A DNA stretch of 64,000 nucleotides from Octopus bimaculoides (taxonomy: Eukaryota). Positions 21,620 through 33,490 of the stretch are shown here, piece by piece (the stretch's first letter is position 1; each line of letters opens with the position of its first letter). The notes below the pieces were generated by a model that did not search any database, had not been told where the DNA came from, and saw only the letters and a program-made list of their open reading frames with translations. The stretch lies in NCBI RefSeq assembly GCF_001194135.2, contig NC_068989.1:25413632-25477631 (forward strand). Reading direction: 5' to 3'. A program made the position numbers and the translations under genes.

Positions 21620-23090
21620 GTTTATGCCCAACTCCATTATCTCCCGAGACAAAACGATGCCAACAACAACAATGATGTTTTCTTGCATTCATGCTTTCAG
21701 ACAAGTTTCAATATCCAGTCATCAAAGTTTTTCAAGTAGGTATTTAGGCCAAGAGTGGCAATTTTCATTGTTAAGACCACAGCCACCCGCTTTTTTGGCA
21801 GGTAAAGTGGTTCTATATATGTTTTAGGGTGCTGCTATCTGTGCAGTGTCAACTATTTTCATATTTTTCTGTCAAGATTATATATTTCAGTGATTGACCA
21901 GTTAATGATATTGAAACTGTAATCCACGACTCGTATGGCTAAAGTATCGATCGCTTCGATCCTGTTTCTTGCATTCAGCTATGTCTTGAGCATTGCTCTT
22001 ACCATGTGATAACATTCTATTATGGTCCTTTCCATCATCACTGAATGTTTGATTCTGTCGTTTTTCCTTTGATAAAGGTAGATTCGCACATTTATCGAGG
22101 CCACATTGCATCCTGATGTCATCACTGTATTGTTTAACAATCGCTAGTAAGTTTTGTAGTTGTTGGTCATTTTTTGCAAAAGGCTTTAAATCATTCATGT
22201 AAATGAGATGACTTATATTTTTATCAAACATTTTATAACTATATTGTACAACATTGAACAATTTCGAGAGAGGCGTTAAGTCTAGACAAAAGAGTGGTGA
22301 TAGAGAGTCACCCACGAAAATGTCACATAAAGTTCTTACATCTCCAGCATTGAGAGTTTCCTTGTCAAAGTCAGTGTGGTTCTCCATGATACTGACAAGA
22401 AGTTTTGCTGAGCAGGTGCTATTTTATATATTTCCAGACATTTCTTAATCCAGCAATGTAGTAGACTATCAAAAGCGTTTTTACAGTCTATCCAAGTTTT
22501 TGTGACGTTTGTGACAATCTTCCAAGATCATCCTTTTGATGAATAGCTGGTCTTTACAATCATAGAACCCACATTTACATCCTTTTTGCTCATTTGGGAA
22601 TATGTCACTTTCTACTAAAAACTATAGGTATATTCAGTCAAGACAGATGTTAGTATTTTATACATTATTGTTAAGCAGATTATGGGTCTATAATTTTTTG
22701 GTTTATTTGTTCCGTCATTTTTTGGAAGTAGGAATGTAACAGTCAAGAGGGAATCATACTAGGTTGTTGCTAAACATTGTTTTAAAGTTTTATTAGCAGT
22801 TCATGACTCTCTGGGAAGGCATTCAACCAGAAGTTAGGAATTTTATCCTCTCCTGGAGACTTCCATTTGTTTGACTTCCTGAGAGCAGATATTACATCCT
22901 CTACCTTGATACCATCACACCTTTGCTCTTCTAAGGAGTCTAAGTCTGTAGTTATTCTATCAATCCGAGGGCCCTTTTCATTGTGTGTTTTTTTCTTCTG
23001 CCTAAATTTAATTCCAAAATTTCTGCACTTCTTTTAATGGGGCAGAATTTATGGAACTGGTATTTTCCCTATCTCCCTGTAAAAATTGTT
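21620..23090 (-). mobile_element. R4/Dong-like reverse transcriptase pseudogene (continuation of 19795-21250)
   Basis: IFVGDSLSPLFCLDLTPLSKLFN…NISHLIYMNDLKPFAKNDQQLQNLLAIVKQYSDDIRMQCGLDKCA, i.e. RT motifs QGDSLSP and YMDD (mutated to YMND). Confidence 0.9.
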
Positions 23091-23109
23091 TGGGTTAATT
23101 GTGAAAATT

Positions 23110-23355
23110 TATCAACCTTTCAAGGTTGATAAATTAAGTAACAGTTCAGTACTGGGTTCAAATTCATCGACTGTGACCCCCACCTCACAAAAATGTGCCA
23201 TTTTGTCTGTGTTTACGTTCTGAGTTCCGTCGAACTCGACTTTGCCTTTCATCCTTTTGGGATCTATAAAATAAATAACAGTTGAGTACTGCGGTCAAGG
23301 TAATTGGCAATCCTCCTCCCCTAAATTCTCAGACCTTGTGTCTATATTAGAAAAG

Positions 23356-23360
<5 letters not shown>
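23110..23360 (+). mobile_element. Two tandem SINE-B fragments ending in (ATT)n
   Basis: gataaattaagtaacagttcagtactggg… followed by gagttccgtcgaactcgactttgcctttcatcc…accttgtgtctatattagaaaag-(att)n. An opposite-strand 3' fragment follows at 23418-23480. Confidence 0.75.
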
Positions 23361-23418
<58 letters not shown>

Positions 23419-24859
23419 TCTAATTTTGGCACAAGGCCAACATTTTAAGTGAAGTAATTCAATGCTTGATTGGCACTTAANNNNNNNNNNNNNNNNNNNN
23501 NNNNNNNNNNNNNNNNNNNNNNNNNNNNNNNNNNNNNNNNNNNNNNNNNNNNNNNNNNNNNNNNNNNNNNNNNNNNNNNNNNNNNNNNNNNNNNNNNNNN
23601 NNNNNNNNNNNNNNNNNNNNNNNNNNNNNNNNNNNNNNNNNNNNNNNNNNNNNNNNNNNNNNNNNNNNNNNNNNNNNNNNNNNNNNNNNNNNNNNNNNNN
23701 NNNNNNNNNNNNNNNNNNNNNNNNNNNNNNNNNNNNNNNNNNNNNNNNNNNNNNNNNNNNNNNNNNNNNNNNNNNNNNNNNNNNNNNNNNNNNNNNNNNN
23801 NNNNNNNNNNNNNNNNNNNNNNNNNNNNNNNNNNNNNNNNNNNNNNNNNNNNNNNNNNNNNNNNNNNNNNNNNNNNNNNNNNNNNNNNNNNNNNNNNNNN
23901 NNNNNNNNNNNNNNNNNNNNNNNNNNNNNNNNNNNNNNNNNNNNNNNNNNNNNNNNNNNNNNNNNNNNNNNNNNNNNNNNNNNNNNNNNNNNNNNNNNNN
24001 NNNNNNNNNNNNNNNNNNNNNNNNNNNNNNNNNNNNNNNNNNNNNNNNNNNNNNNNNNNNNNNNNNNNNNNNNNNNNNNNNNNNNNNNNNNNNNNNNNNN
24101 NNNNNNNNNNNNNNNNNNNNNNNNNNNNNNNNNNNNNNNNNNNNNNNNNNNNNNNNNNNNNNNNNNNNNNNNNNNNNNNNNNNNNNNNNNNNNNNNNNNN
24201 NNNNNNNNNNNNNNNNNNNNNNNNNNNNNNNNNNNNNNNNNNNNNNNNNNNNNNNNNNNNNNNNNNNNNNNNNNNNNNNNNNNNNNNNNNNNNNNNNNNN
24301 NNNNNNNNNNNNNNNNNNNNNNNNNNNNNNNNNNNNNNNNNNNNNNNNNNNNNNNNNNNNNNNNNNNNNNNNNNNNNNNNNNNNNNNNNNNNNNNNNATA
24401 TATATATATATAATGTTATATATTTACATATATACACGTATCTGCATATATACATACACATATTAATATAATCACATATTCACGTACATACATAGATACA
24501 TAGATACATACATATATACATAAATAAATTAATACGTTCCAAGTCTACTCAAAACTGAAAGTAACATCTTCAGAATTGGAAACTACGAGGCAGATACTCT
24601 GAGAATACAACTGTTTCGTACGACCTTAAAGATGCTGGACCCGCCCTACCGAAACAGAATCTCAGAGGCGTAGCTGGCATCAGAATAGCAAAAAGCAATG
24701 CATGGTTACAAATCCCGTATGCTAGAGGATAAGATCAGTATTTAGAGGTAGACTATAAATACATTACATTCCATCTACAAGAATATAACTTCGGTATCTT
24801 GAAGCAGGTTAATGCAAGGTGAATAAATAGCACCTAAATAACTGATAAGAGAAACGAAA

Positions 24860-25010
24860 ATGCGACTAAAACTCCCCAGTTTCATAGAAAATGTCTCTTC
24901 CTCTATAGCACAGCGTTTCATACCACTCACATCATCAGCAACTGCCCCCTACCGGCGCCTGAGGGATGATATATTTGCAAAGACTATTTATAATGCTGTC
25001 CGTCAGTATG
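24860..25010 (+). mobile_element. Possible LINE C-terminal zinc-knuckle remnant
   Basis: One frame reads HTTHIISNCPL, similar to the TxxHIxxxCP motif of LINE ORF2 C-termini. Short and heavily decayed. Confidence 0.3.
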
Positions 25011-25089
25011 TCAGAATCAGCATGTATTACATTTTACTACTAAATATAAATGTAGGCGTGTGTGTGTATTATACAAGCAAACAACCAAA

Positions 25090-25195
25090 CATACATACAT
25101 ACATACATACATACATAAATACATACATACATTCATACATACACACATACATACATACATACATACATACATACATACATACATACATACATACA
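25090..25195. repeat. (CATA)n tetranucleotide microsatellite
   Basis: Read directly. Confidence 0.95.
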
Positions 25196-25859
25196 ACTGT
25201 TCCACTCAGTGTACAGTTGTGGAAAGCCGATTCAAAGCAGTCTATCGCTGGAACTGTAAAAGTCTGCAAAACTTCCCAGAAATTTATCATTTAAGTATAT
25301 ATGAGCATGTCTAGATATGCAACTATATGTACGAGAATATATACATACAACAAAACATACAAATTTGCACATATCTATATACACATACAAAAATACCCTG
25401 TTGATGTTGAAGTTCCAATAAAAGAACCTTGGATGTAGGTTAGAAACTGTTGATTAAAATGATGAAGATTACATATGAAATAGTCATTTCCCCTTTAAAA
25501 AAGAATCAAGTTGAAAATGTCGACACTTCAAGCAGTCCTATGAGCTACCGCCGTCCGTCCTTTTTTCTTATTTTCTGTTTTCGTCCCTTAATCATTCATA
25601 CAACTTTCGGCGCGCTGTGGATTTGAAAGACAGAAATTCCCCCTATATTTTTGTGAGATATTTTTGAGTCACGGGTACTTGATTGTTTTTTAAATGGGAA
25701 AATTACTATTTTATTTTATTTAATATAAAATATTAATCTTTATCAACTTAATCAAAGGGTAGAAAAACAGAGAGACTACCAATATAGACGGAGATCAGGT
25801 GCAATGGTAGGAGTTGAATCTCATAATAATGGAAAAAGAAACAACAACAAATGCCACTG

Positions 25860-26270
25860 CAACTTTGAAATCGTTGTCTCGGTGAAGTCAATTAAATTCG
25901 TCATCAAGTACACACTGAATGGAAATGACCAAGCTACTGTTCAAATAAAAATGATAACGAAATTAGTCAATATTTAATGGCTAGGTATCGGACCACCGGA
26001 AGCAGTTGCATTCACTTAAGTGCTTCAGTTCGTGAGACTGCCAGTGCAATAGTGAGACAACCAGATGAACAAAAAATATTGCTCAGTGATTATGAGGATA
26101 TATATGGTTGTCAATGAGTAAAGTATGAAAACAACGTTGACAGATTTCTTTTGATTGTGCATCAATGATGACTTTACAAAAACATTACTTTATGCTGAAT
26201 TACCAATGTATTTCACTTGGAACAGTAGTAACAAATAATGACAAAGAAAGCGAGGAAAAAATGGTGAAGG
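25860..26270 (+). mobile_element. Helitron Rep-domain fragment
   Basis: EIVVSVKSIKFVIKYTLNGNDQATVQIK, DNEISQYLMARY and LTDFF*LCINDDFTKTLLYAELPMYFTWNSSNK**QRKRG match conserved RepHel blocks (VKSIKYxxKY; DEIxxYxxxRY; LYxExPxxFxW). Confidence 0.85.
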
Positions 26271-26464
26271 CCATTTGAACGTTTTCAAAGAAGAAACACT
26301 TAGTCATGTTTGTGTTGTCACATCAAAGGGAGGTAAACTGTATTATTTAAGAATTTTGTTACATGAAGTTCGAAATAATACTTCTTCCTTTCCCGCTGCG
26401 CAACGTCATATTCAACTTCTTTGTGACCCAACGGATCACGGCGGGTACATCTAGTATATATATA

Positions 26465-26715
26465 AACCATGAACTCAAATGAAGTTGTCAAAGAACAGTT
26501 CTACTCTGAGCAACGTAGCCAGTTGAGAGATGTCTCTATCCATGATAAACTTTCTCTTTGATGATTTCCATGCACGCGTAGGTTGGGATACATCCATATG
26601 AAGTGACGTAACAAAGAAACACGGGATTGGCAAGGCAAACACAAACGGCCATCTGCTGCTTATGTTTTGCAGTGGGTATGAGTTTTGATTACTAATACTA
26701 TTTTCTAACTCCCGG
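26465..26715 (+). mobile_element. RTE-clade LINE AP-endonuclease fragment
   Basis: EVVKEQFYSEQ…IHDKL.LFDDFHARVGWDTSI*SDVTKKHGIGKANTNGHLLLMFC…ITNTIF, the GDFNARVG / HGIG-NxNG-LL block of RTE APE domains. Confidence 0.8.
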
Positions 26716-27214
26716 TCCTGATTGTCCTTAGCTCAAAGATTAGAGTAATATTTAATTTTGATACTTTAATGTTCTTATTCCATCATCACTGGTGTAAATG
26801 CCAGTAGGTGTGAAACAACTTTGTTTAAGTTTGCGTAGGGAAATTTAGTTTCCAAACAATTGTTCGCATTTTGTACACACATCAGTAGCTAACAAGTAAA
26901 GGGGATTGTGTTAATTTTGGTAGCAGGTTATGATTTTGCTTGTATTTTTAATTTCAAGTTTCAGAGGAGGGTCTAGAGATGATATACCTTCCAACCAACA
27001 CAAGCACATTCGAGAATGGCACGACAAGTATAACGTTATTCTTTTCTACGTCTCTTCGAAGACGATATTCTAATAGCTGCTAAAATATAAGCGCGTATAT
27101 TAATATTAGTGACTGTTTCACTGCTCGGAGCGAACGCACGAACTCGTGCATGCGGGCATGAGTAAGTTCAAACAATTATCTTTAGACACAAGAAAATTCA
27201 TTATCATTTATCGA

Positions 27215-27216
<2 letters not shown>

Positions 27217-27277
<61 letters not shown>

Positions 27278-27318
27278 TTATCTCCCTCTCTCTCTCTCTC
27301 TCTCTCTCCCTCTCTCTC
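27217..27318. repeat. (TATC)n followed by (CT)n
   Basis: Read directly; runs into a gap. Confidence 0.9.
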
Positions 27319-28802
27319 NNNNNNNNNNNNNNNNNNNNNNNNNNNNNNNNNNNNNNNNNNNNNNNNNNNNNNNNNNNNNNNNNNNNNNNNNNNNNNNNNN
27401 NNNNNNNNNNNNNNNNNNNNNNNNNNNNNNNNNNNNNNNNNNNNNNNNNNNNNNNNNNNNNNNNNNNNNNNNNNNNNNNNNNNNNNNNNNNNNNNNNNNN
27501 NNNNNNNNNNNNNNNNNNNNNNNNNNNNNNNNNNNNNNNNNNNNNNNNNNNNNNNNNNNNNNNNNNNNNNNNNNNNNNNNNNNNNNNNNNNNNNNNNNNN
27601 NNNNNNNNNNNNNNNNNNNNNNNNNNNNNNNNNNNNNNNNNNNNNNNNNNNNNNNNNNNNNNNNNNNNNNNNNNNNNNNNNNNNNNNNNNNNNNNNNNNN
27701 NNNNNNNNNNNNNNNNNNNNNNNNNNNNNNNNNNNNNNNNNNNNNNNNNNNNNNNNNNNNNNNNNNNNNNNNNNNNNNNNNNNNNNNNNNNNNNNNNNNN
27801 NNNNNNNNNNNNNNNNNNNNNNNNNNNNNNNNNNNNNNNNNNNNNNNNNNNNNNNNNNNNNNNNNNNNNNNNNNNNNNNNNNNNNNNNNNNNNNNNNNNN
27901 NNNNNNNNNNNNNNNNNNNNNNNNNNNNNNNNNNNNNNNNNNNNNNNNNNNNNNNNNNNNNNNNNNNNNNNNNNNNNNNNNNNNNNNNNNNNNNNNNNNN
28001 NNNNNNNNNNNNNNNNNNNNNNNNNNNNNNNNNNNNNNNNNNNNNNNNNNNNNNNNNNNNNNNNNNNNNNNNNNNNNNNNNNNNNNNNNNNNNNNNNNNN
28101 NNNNNNNNNNNNNNNNNNNNNNNNNNNNNNNNNNNNNNNNNNNNNNNNNNNNNNNNNNNNNNNNNNNNNNNNNNNNNNNNNNNNNNNNNNNNNNNNNNNN
28201 NNNNNNNNNNNNNNNNNNNNNNNNNNNNNNNNNNNNNNNNNNNNNNNNNNNNATATATATATATATATATATATAAGTATATGCATATATATTATTTTGT
28301 TTAAGCATAAGCGGCAATAACCTTCGAAATTATAGAAATGGTTGAGTACCTCTCAGTTATCCAAATTCCAGTTATCCAAATTGACCAAAACGAATGAAGA
28401 AAATTCCCCTTGATCCAAACACACCCACTTCTTAGATTAGGTTTTATATATTTCATGTGCCTGTATTGAGTTTACATATATTTCGCCATGATGCAGTTTA
28501 TCGAACTCTGTTTATCTTTATTTTCTTCCTGATTTACTGTGCATCTGTATCTATAAAAATTCCTTCCTCCTACAGAGTTATGAAAAACAAGTTTCTTAAC
28601 ACAAACATCTACATATACATCAGAAATACACAGTATTTTTTAGTCTTTTACATAATTGTTCTTTATTACCATAATTTGTCAAAATATATTGCAATTTCTG
28701 TCCTTGTGTACACTATACACGATGGTTCATTGCCGTTTATATATTTATCCGGTAATTTACATTTAAGGAGGCATTTATGCGTGTGTGTATAAATGTATAT
28801 GT

Positions 28803-28845
<43 letters not shown>

Positions 28846-28947
28846 NNNNNNNNNNNNNNNNNNNNNNNNNNNNNNNNNNNNNNNNNNNNNNNNNNNNNNN
28901 NNNNNNNNNNNNNNNNNNNNNNNNNNNNNNNNNNNNNNNNNNNNNNN

Positions 28948-28985
<38 letters not shown>

Positions 28986-29217
28986 CAAACACGCACACAC
29001 ACACACACACACACGCAAACAAACACACACACATACGCACGCACACATACACACACCGTTGTCATTTGAATGTGTTTTTTTAATGAGAATATCTGATATG
29101 TTAGAGGATATGGATAGTTTTATTACGTCAGGTAATTTGGCTGACAGTTGGTTTCCAGACGCGATGCGTAAACAAAAATAATTAATAGCGACAGAAGCAG
29201 TGTTAATATCAAAAGTC

Positions 29218-29756
29218 AATATTTATCTCCCACTTAATGTGTTTTCCTAGAACACAGAATACTGCGTTATGTACTACGGGATAAGCTCTCATATAAACTC
29301 GTGGTTCATAAAAGTACTCGTGTCTATATCATTGACAGGCGATACCTGTCTGCTACGTCCGACAGAAATGTCAAGTCTAGAGATATTGCCCTTCCGTGGG
29401 TTTGTCAATGACAGATGTCCAGCGTAGACATAGTCGCCGATTCATCTGTCAACGATATATAGAGTATCATTGTCACTTCATTTACTAGTATCGCAAATAA
29501 CCTTTGGGCCTATTGAAAATTAATTAATAGAGAAAAAGCAGAAGTAAAAACAAAAGGATCTTTTTTTTCCAATTAATGTGGTTGGTGTATTAGAAGGCAG
29601 TTCCGGCGGACGTAGCGGTCAGTTATCACCCGGCAAAAATAAACACACGATCGCTTTTATACACCACATGTCCATAAGAGATGTCATTTGGTGGTTAATA
29701 AGGAAGTATACTGTGTTTTAACACACAAATTCCATATTAAGTGGGAGATAAATATT
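29218..29756. mobile_element. MITE-like element with terminal and internal inverted repeats
   Basis: aatatttatctcccacttaatgtg (29218-41) vs catattaagtgggagataaatatt (29733-56) match 23/24 as reverse complements. A sub-terminal gaacacagaatact/agtatactgtgttt pair and an internal atatcattgacag/ctgtcaacgatat pair are also present. No ORF. Confidence 0.75.
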
Positions 29757-29989
29757 ACCTTTTGTGTAGAAAATAGTTTTCTCTTGTGTTAGAAAAAAAT
29801 ATTTTTGTTTAATATCTCTGCTCGGAGTTTCTGTTGAGTTTCGTATAAAATATCTTTAAAAGATATTCCTTCAAATATAAGAAACAGCAATTTGTCCACA
29901 TCTTTTGCAACACGTTTTAGACGGTTCTCAGAAAATAAAAAATAAAAAAACTCTATATACGAACGGAGGTTATTTTTATAGAGTGATTC

Positions 29990-30340
29990 AAAGACTATTT
30001 TAAAAGAAAATTAGATAAATTACCTGGATGACTGCTTCGTAGATTAAATCAGAAATAACGAAAAACTTACAAAATTTCAAGAAATAATCAATAGCATCCA
30101 TGAATCAATCACATTTTCAATGCAAATGAAAAGCAAAAGAAGAAAAAAAAAATGGAAGGCCAGTTTTAGATATTCTAAAAAGTAGGAAAATAGAATTTTT
30201 ACAGCCAATTTCTACTGCATAGAAACGGATATACACAAGTACACAGACTACAGATTTTGCCGTACTAACAGAAATATTCCATTTATTATGGCACACTGCA
30301 TATGTCATAGTCTCAACTAGACTAGAGCAACGGCTTTACC
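29990..30340 (+). mobile_element. Penelope-like RT fragment (YxDD to thumb)
   Basis: NYLDDCFVD…KLTKFQEIINSIHESITFSMQM…PVLDIL…ETDIHKY…NIPFIMAHCIC. Confidence 0.75.
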
Positions 30341-31084
30341 ATCATCAGTTATTCGCAAAAACAATTAGATATTTGAATCTTACCACTTCGCTATATGCCA
30401 AAATAGAATACTCTGAAAAAAAAAAAAGTGAGAAAACATTTATATAACACAATAAATCAATATTGACTTATGAAGGTACTTGTCTTTATCTNNNNNNNNN
30501 NNNNNNNNNNNNNNNNNNNNNNNNNNNNNNNNNNNNNNNNNNNNNNNNNNNNNNNNNNNNNNNNNNNNNNNNNNNNNNNNNNNNNNNNNNNNNNNNNNNN
30601 NNNNNNNNNNNNNNNNNNNNNNNNNNNNNNNNNNNNNNNNNNNNNNNNNNNNNNNNNNNNNNNNNNNNNNNNNNNNNNNNNNNNNNNNNNNNNNNNNNNN
30701 NNNNNNNNNNNNNNNNNNNNNNNNNNNNNNNNNNNNNNNNNNNNNNNNNNNNNNNNNNNNNNNNNNNNNNNNNNNNNNNNNNNNNNNNNNNNNNNNNNNN
30801 NNNNNNNNNNNNNNNNNNNNNNNNNNNNNNNNNNNNNNNNNNNNNNNNNNNNNNNNNNNNNNNNNNNNNNNNNNNNNNNNNNNNNNNNNNNNNNNNNNNN
30901 NNNNNNNNNNNNNNNNNNNNNNNNNNNNNNNNNNNNNNNNNNNNNNNNNNNNNNNNNNNNNNNNNNNNNNNNNNNNNNNNNNNNNNNNNNNNNNNNNNNN
31001 NNNNNNNNNNNNNNNNNNNNNNNNNNNNNNNNNNNNNNNNNNNNNNNNNNNNNNNNNNATATATATATATATATATATACATAC

Positions 31085-31112
31085 AGGCGTGGCTGTGTGG
31101 TAAGAAGCTTGC
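31085..31112 (+). mobile_element. SINE-A head fragment serving as target of the adjacent Tx1-derived insertion
   Basis: ggcgtggctgtgtggtaagaagcttgc matches the head of the full copy at 7155. Confidence 0.7.
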
Positions 31113-32835
31113 ATCCGTTATAGTGTTTGCTCGTCGAATTGTTGGTTTTGTTTTTAACACATGTGTTTTTGTTTTTTTGCTGTCTTACGGAGCCACGTTT
31201 TCCCTCTTGTCTAATGGAGGGGCATCGGGCGAGGAGTCGTGAAGTTTTGAATTCTTCTTCTTCAGAATTTTTGTCGCTTGAGGAAGGGATGGTGCAGTTT
31301 TTTGAAGAAAATTGACGAGGTGATGGAGACGAAGAATTACGCAGAGGCGACGAAAGAAAGGAGTGAAGACGTAAGGTTGCAGGATACAAGTAAATTCAAG
31401 GAAATGATTAAAAGGGAGGGGAACGATGAGAAGGTGTCCTCCCAGAAAGGATTGTTAAAAGAAAGAGATGAGACAACAATAATCTACAGAACGTACTCGG
31501 TAGCAGCCACGAAGATTGAAATCATGACGACGGCTCAAGTGGAAAGGGCACTTAAACCAATCTGGCAAGGAATTTCATACCTTGCCACAAGAAGAACATT
31601 TGGGACGGTGGAGGTGCGGTTTCGGGAAGTAGCTACTGTCAGGCTGCGCTCAGCAACACCTTTAAGACAGTAAAAGTGGTGCTTCTACCCGTATACCTTG
31701 GGAGATGTGCTCCCAGGGTTAAGGTAGAAGATATACCCCCAGAAGTGGATGTAGCCCGGCTGGTAGCTGCCATACTGCTAGCCATGGAGGAGAAGGTGGT
31801 GGTCCTCCAGCCACCATAACATCGCACAGGAATTGGCAAGGACAAAGCCTGGACATGGTAGTACAGGTTACCTCGGAAGATATCAAAAGTATGCTAGAGA
31901 ATATTACGGTCGGCAACGTTAAACTAAAGTCAGAGTGGAAGAAAGGGAGGATTCTGCGGTTGCTATAAATGTGGATTGAAAAGTCACATTAGAGCGCATT
32001 GTTCTACGCCACCCGTGAAGGTTAAGGAAAGACAAAACCTCGAGAAAGTAGTTGACACTCCACTGCCCGTAGAGGCTAAAGAGAGGCGTGAGAAGGAGAA
32101 TGAAACGGTACCACAGACGAAAGGAAGTACCAGCGTCGAGGAAGAGAAAGCGACCACCAGCTGGGAAATGGTAGGAAAAGAAGAAAGAGGAGAAAGAGGA
32201 CATATGTGGTAAAGGATGAACCACCAACCCACACCTACTCCCTACAGACATCAACCTTCCCCATGCCCTGCCTGATGTAAACACAAACGCAAACACACGG
32301 GAGCCTCAAATTTATCCACTGTGATACGTACAACGGACATTTATGTGATAATGTACAACAGACAAAGCGAAGAACTTTACAATAAGATAGACTCGTGGGA
32401 TGGAGTGATAAAAGGGGTTGTAACGGGATAAGGGGTCTGCCGGAGTACACTCACTGTGCGATGGCAGGCCTATCTTATCTGTTCAGATTAATGAATTATG
32501 TGGAAAACTTTGACTGCGAGTGGTGTGTCAAGAAAATAGACATCAGCACAATGCCTGAAAGGGTAAAATATTTTGCTAGTTTAAAGAAGTATAATATAGA
32601 TATTCTGCGGAAAAATGGAGATCAACTGTTTCAAATGATGTCGTAAATAGTGTTGTAAACTAGCGTTCTATAAAAGAAGTTATATTAACAGGCTCAATGA
32701 AGTCGCTTGGAGGTGGGGACGAACGGTTTCATTTCATTTTTCATTTTATCTAATTCATCATTTCCATTCATTTTTCTCCCCCCACCTTGTGGTTTCCCTT
32801 CTGTGTATGGCCTTCTTGGCCAATTTCACGATATC
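31113..32835 (+). mobile_element. ORF1-only (HAL1-like) Tx1-derived non-autonomous retroelement, copy 2 (1723 bp)
   Basis: Perfect 11-bp TSD aagaagcttgc (31102-31112, 32836-32846). ORF1 remnant from ATG 31214: IYRTYS…QVERALKPIWQG…GTVEVRFREV…LPVYLGRCAPRVKVEDIPPEVDVARLV…NWQGQSL…, with intact CYKCGLKSHIRAHC (31961-32002). The 3' UTR is homologous to copy 1. No EN or RT motifs. Confidence 0.8.
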
Positions 32836-33117
32836 AAGAAGCTTGCTTCGGGTTTGAAAACTTCGGTCGTGTTTTAGTTGCGCTCTTTAAGTTATCATTT
32901 TTATTGTTGAAACTCTGTTATTTATTGTAAACTGTCGTTGAAAATTATTGTTGACGATTATTATTATGAACTCTTGCCTGTCTGCAGGCTGTGTTGGACT
33001 ATTTTATTTCCCGGTATTCCAGGGAATAGTGAAATTTTTGTAGCCATTTGGTTTTCGTTTATTTGACTGGATTCTTCAACTGAGTGCATTTAAAAACTTT
33101 TTCCTTAGTAGGCATTG

Positions 33118-33490
33118 TTGAACTGTGCCGCACCCCCAAACGTGGGTGGTATTTGAACTGTTGTTCCTATTGTGAGGAATTTATTTTTTGAACTGTGGAA
33201 AAAATAAAGGGGAAACCTACAATTTTCTTTTGAGAAAAAAAAATGTATTCAGCCATTTTGGCTTTTTTGGAACTGTAACCCTCTCCCTGACGGCGGTGGG
33301 ATTTGAACTGTTGTCCCTCATGAAAGGAAGTAAATTTTTGAACAGAAAAAAGGAACGGAAGCCTATTATTTTTCCTTTGGAAAATTTTTTTTATTTTTCA
33401 GCCGTTTTTGGCTTCATTGAGCTCCACCCCTTCCACTGAAAGAGATTGGATTTGAAGTTATTGACCCCCCCCCACCAATTTTAGAACTGT
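33118..33490 (+). repeat. 150-bp tandem monomers in the Tx1 5' UTR
   Basis: The (t/g)gaactgt motif occurs at 33118, 33153, 33188 and again exactly 150 bp later at 33268, 33303, 33338. A third partial unit spans ~33418-33490; cagccattttggcttt/cagccgtttttggctt also recurs about one period apart. Confidence 0.8.

Noticed and set aside
32806-32838. ggccttcttggccaatttcacgatatcaag resembles the U2 snRNA 5' end (a known target of some Tx1 elements)
   Set aside because: Short, gapped similarity that lies inside the TSD and corresponds to the element's own 3' terminal stem (cf. 7735-7757); no further U2 sequence.
33118-33490. CRISPR-like periodicity (short motif every ~35 bp)
   Set aside because: The motif is only about 8 bp, the intervening segments repeat at a 150-bp period, the context is eukaryotic, and there are no cas genes.
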